DNA from: Mustelus asterias
Lineage: Eukaryota
NCBI RefSeq assembly: GCF_964213995.1
Contig: NW_027590119.1
Span: 1,612,001-1,676,000, forward strand
Direction: 5' to 3'
DNA length: 64,000 bases
Part shown: positions 62,130 through 64,000 of the stretch, one piece after another
Numbering within the stretch: the first letter of the stretch is position 1
How the letters are laid out: each line of letters opens with the position of its first letter
Made by a program: the position numbers and the translations under genes
The notes under the pieces: generated by a model
Told to the model about the DNA's origin: nothing
The model's input: only the letters and a program-made list of their open reading frames with translations
Database searches by the model: none

Positions 62130-62415
62130 CTTTTTTATTAGTGTCACAAGTAGGCTTACATTAACACTGCAATGAAGTTACAGTGAAAATTCCCCAGTCG
62201 CCACACTCCAGCACCTATTCGGGTACACTGAAGGAGAATTTAGCATAGCCAATGCCCTAACCAGCACAAGAAAACCAGAACATCCAGAGAAAACCCACAC
62301 AGGCACAGGGAGAATGTGCAGACTCCACATAGATAGTGACCCAAGTCAAGAATTGAACCCATGTCCCTGGTGCTGTGAGGCAGCAGTGCTAACTACTGTG
62401 CCACCGTGCCGTCCA
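62130..62415 (-). mobile_element. V-SINE-type SINE, alternative tail
   Basis: Head, core and tail match. Confidence 0.85.
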
Positions 62416-62694
62416 AAATCAGTTGTGAAACACAAATAATCTGATTTTAAGGCTTCCTGGTGCAATAAACTGATCATGCTCTTCCCAGCTAACACCATTT
62501 CACACCCGCATCTGTTGGATTTTAATGTGATTGTCCAATGTAGAAACCTTGCATCTTTTAGCCACTTTGAATTCATACACGCCCTTCTCCCTCCACCCCC
62601 TTCTCCCTCCCCCCCCTTCTCGCTCCCCCCCCCCCCCCCACCCCACCTAAAGAGATTGTCTTTGAAATCAGTCGTTCCTGAATGATATAAAATT

Positions 62695-63032
62695 GTGTAT
62701 AAAATTATGAAGGGCATAGATAGAGTGAACAGTGGGAAGCTTTTTCCCAGGTCGGAGGTGACGAACACAAGGGGTCACGGGTTCAAGGTGAGGGGGGCAA
62801 GGTTAAACACAGATGTCAGGGGGACGTATTTTACACAGAGGGTGGTGGGGGCCTGGAATGCACTGCCAAGCAAGGTGATTGAGGCGGACACGCTGGGATT
62901 GTTTAAGACTCATCTAGATAACCACATGAACAGACTGGGAATAGAGGGATACAAAAGAATGGTCTAGTGGGCACATGAGCAGCGCAGGCTTAGAGGGCCA
63001 AAGGGCCTGTTCCTGTGCTGTATTGTTCTTTG
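62695..63032 (+). mobile_element. CR1 3' end
   Basis: [27 protein letters not shown] plus tail. Confidence 0.85.
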
Positions 63033-63154
63033 ATGACAATATTAAGCTTCTCTCTAACCTGTCCAAAACCTCCTGTCAGTTCATTAATTGAAACCAGGGA
63101 CTCTCTCCCTTTTTAACCTGTCGGCACGGTTATTCCTTTAATTTACCTCTTGAA

Positions 63155-64000
63155 TTAAACAAAGAACAAAGAACAATACAGCACAGGAACAGGCCCTTCG
63201 GCCCTCCAAACCCGTGCCGCTCCCTGGTCCAACTAGACCATTCTTTTGTATCCCTCCATTCCCACTCCGTTCATATGGCTCTCTAGATAAGTCTTAAATG
63301 TTCCCAGTGTGTCCGCCTCCACCACCTTGCCTGGCAGCGCATTCCAGGCCCCCACCACCCTCTGTGTAAAATATATCCTTCTGATATCTGTGTTAAACCT
63401 CCCCCCCTTCACCTTGAACCTATGACCCCTCGTGAACGTCACCACCGACCTGGGAAAAAGCTTCCCACCGTTCACCCTATCTATGCCTTTCATAATTTTA
63501 TACACCTCTATTAAGTCTCCCCTCATCCTCCGTCTTTCCAGGGAGAACAACCCCAGTTTACCCAATCTCTCCTCATAACTAAGCCCCTCCATACCAGGCA
63601 ACATCCTGGTAAACCTCCTCTGTACTCTCTCCAAAGCCTCCACGTCCTTCTGGTAGTGTGGCGACCAGAACTGGACGCAGTACTCCAAATGCGGCCGAAC
63701 CAACGTTCTATACATCTGCAACATCAGACCCCAACTTTTATACTCTATGCCCCGTCCTATAAAGGCAAGCATGCCATATGCCTTCTTCACCACTTTTTCC
63801 ACCTGTGACGTCACCTTCAAGGATCTGTGGACTTGCACACCCAGGTCCCTCTGCGTATCTACACCCTTTATGGTTCTGCCATTTATCGTATAGCTCCTCC
63901 CTACATTATTTCTACCAAAATGCATCACTTCGCATTTATCAGGATTGAACGCCATCTGCCATTTCTTTGCCCAAATTTGCAGCCTATCTATATCCTTCTG
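63155..64000 (-). mobile_element. Young CR1 3' end continuing beyond the window
   Basis: Uninterrupted 240-aa RT C-terminal ORF; ttctttg-repeat tail. Confidence 0.9.

Overview
Repeat-rich vertebrate genomic DNA, most likely from a shark or other elasmobranch (inferred from HE1/V-SINE-type SINEs, abundant CR1/L2 LINEs and Penelope-like elements). The window is a tandem cluster of finger-only C2H2 zinc-finger genes: six with intact ORFs of 6-11 fingers and about five pseudogenes. No KRAB/SCAN/BTB exon was recognised. Several genes are head-to-head on shared CpG-rich promoters with NRF1, YY1, CCAAT and CRE motifs. Also present: a five-exon unprocessed EMC4 pseudogene, two paralogous copies of a decayed Copia-type LTR element, a solo LTR, and Harbinger relics. 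Penelope-like elements carry minimal hammerhead ribozymes with compensatory base changes. The most unusual item is a ~350-bp structured element with a U2 snRNA head and an A-rich tail, inserted at a 9-bp mimic of the U2 target site (a candidate Keno/Tx1-mobilised SINEU-like element). All calls were made by eye; repeat boundaries are approximate and no database searches were run.
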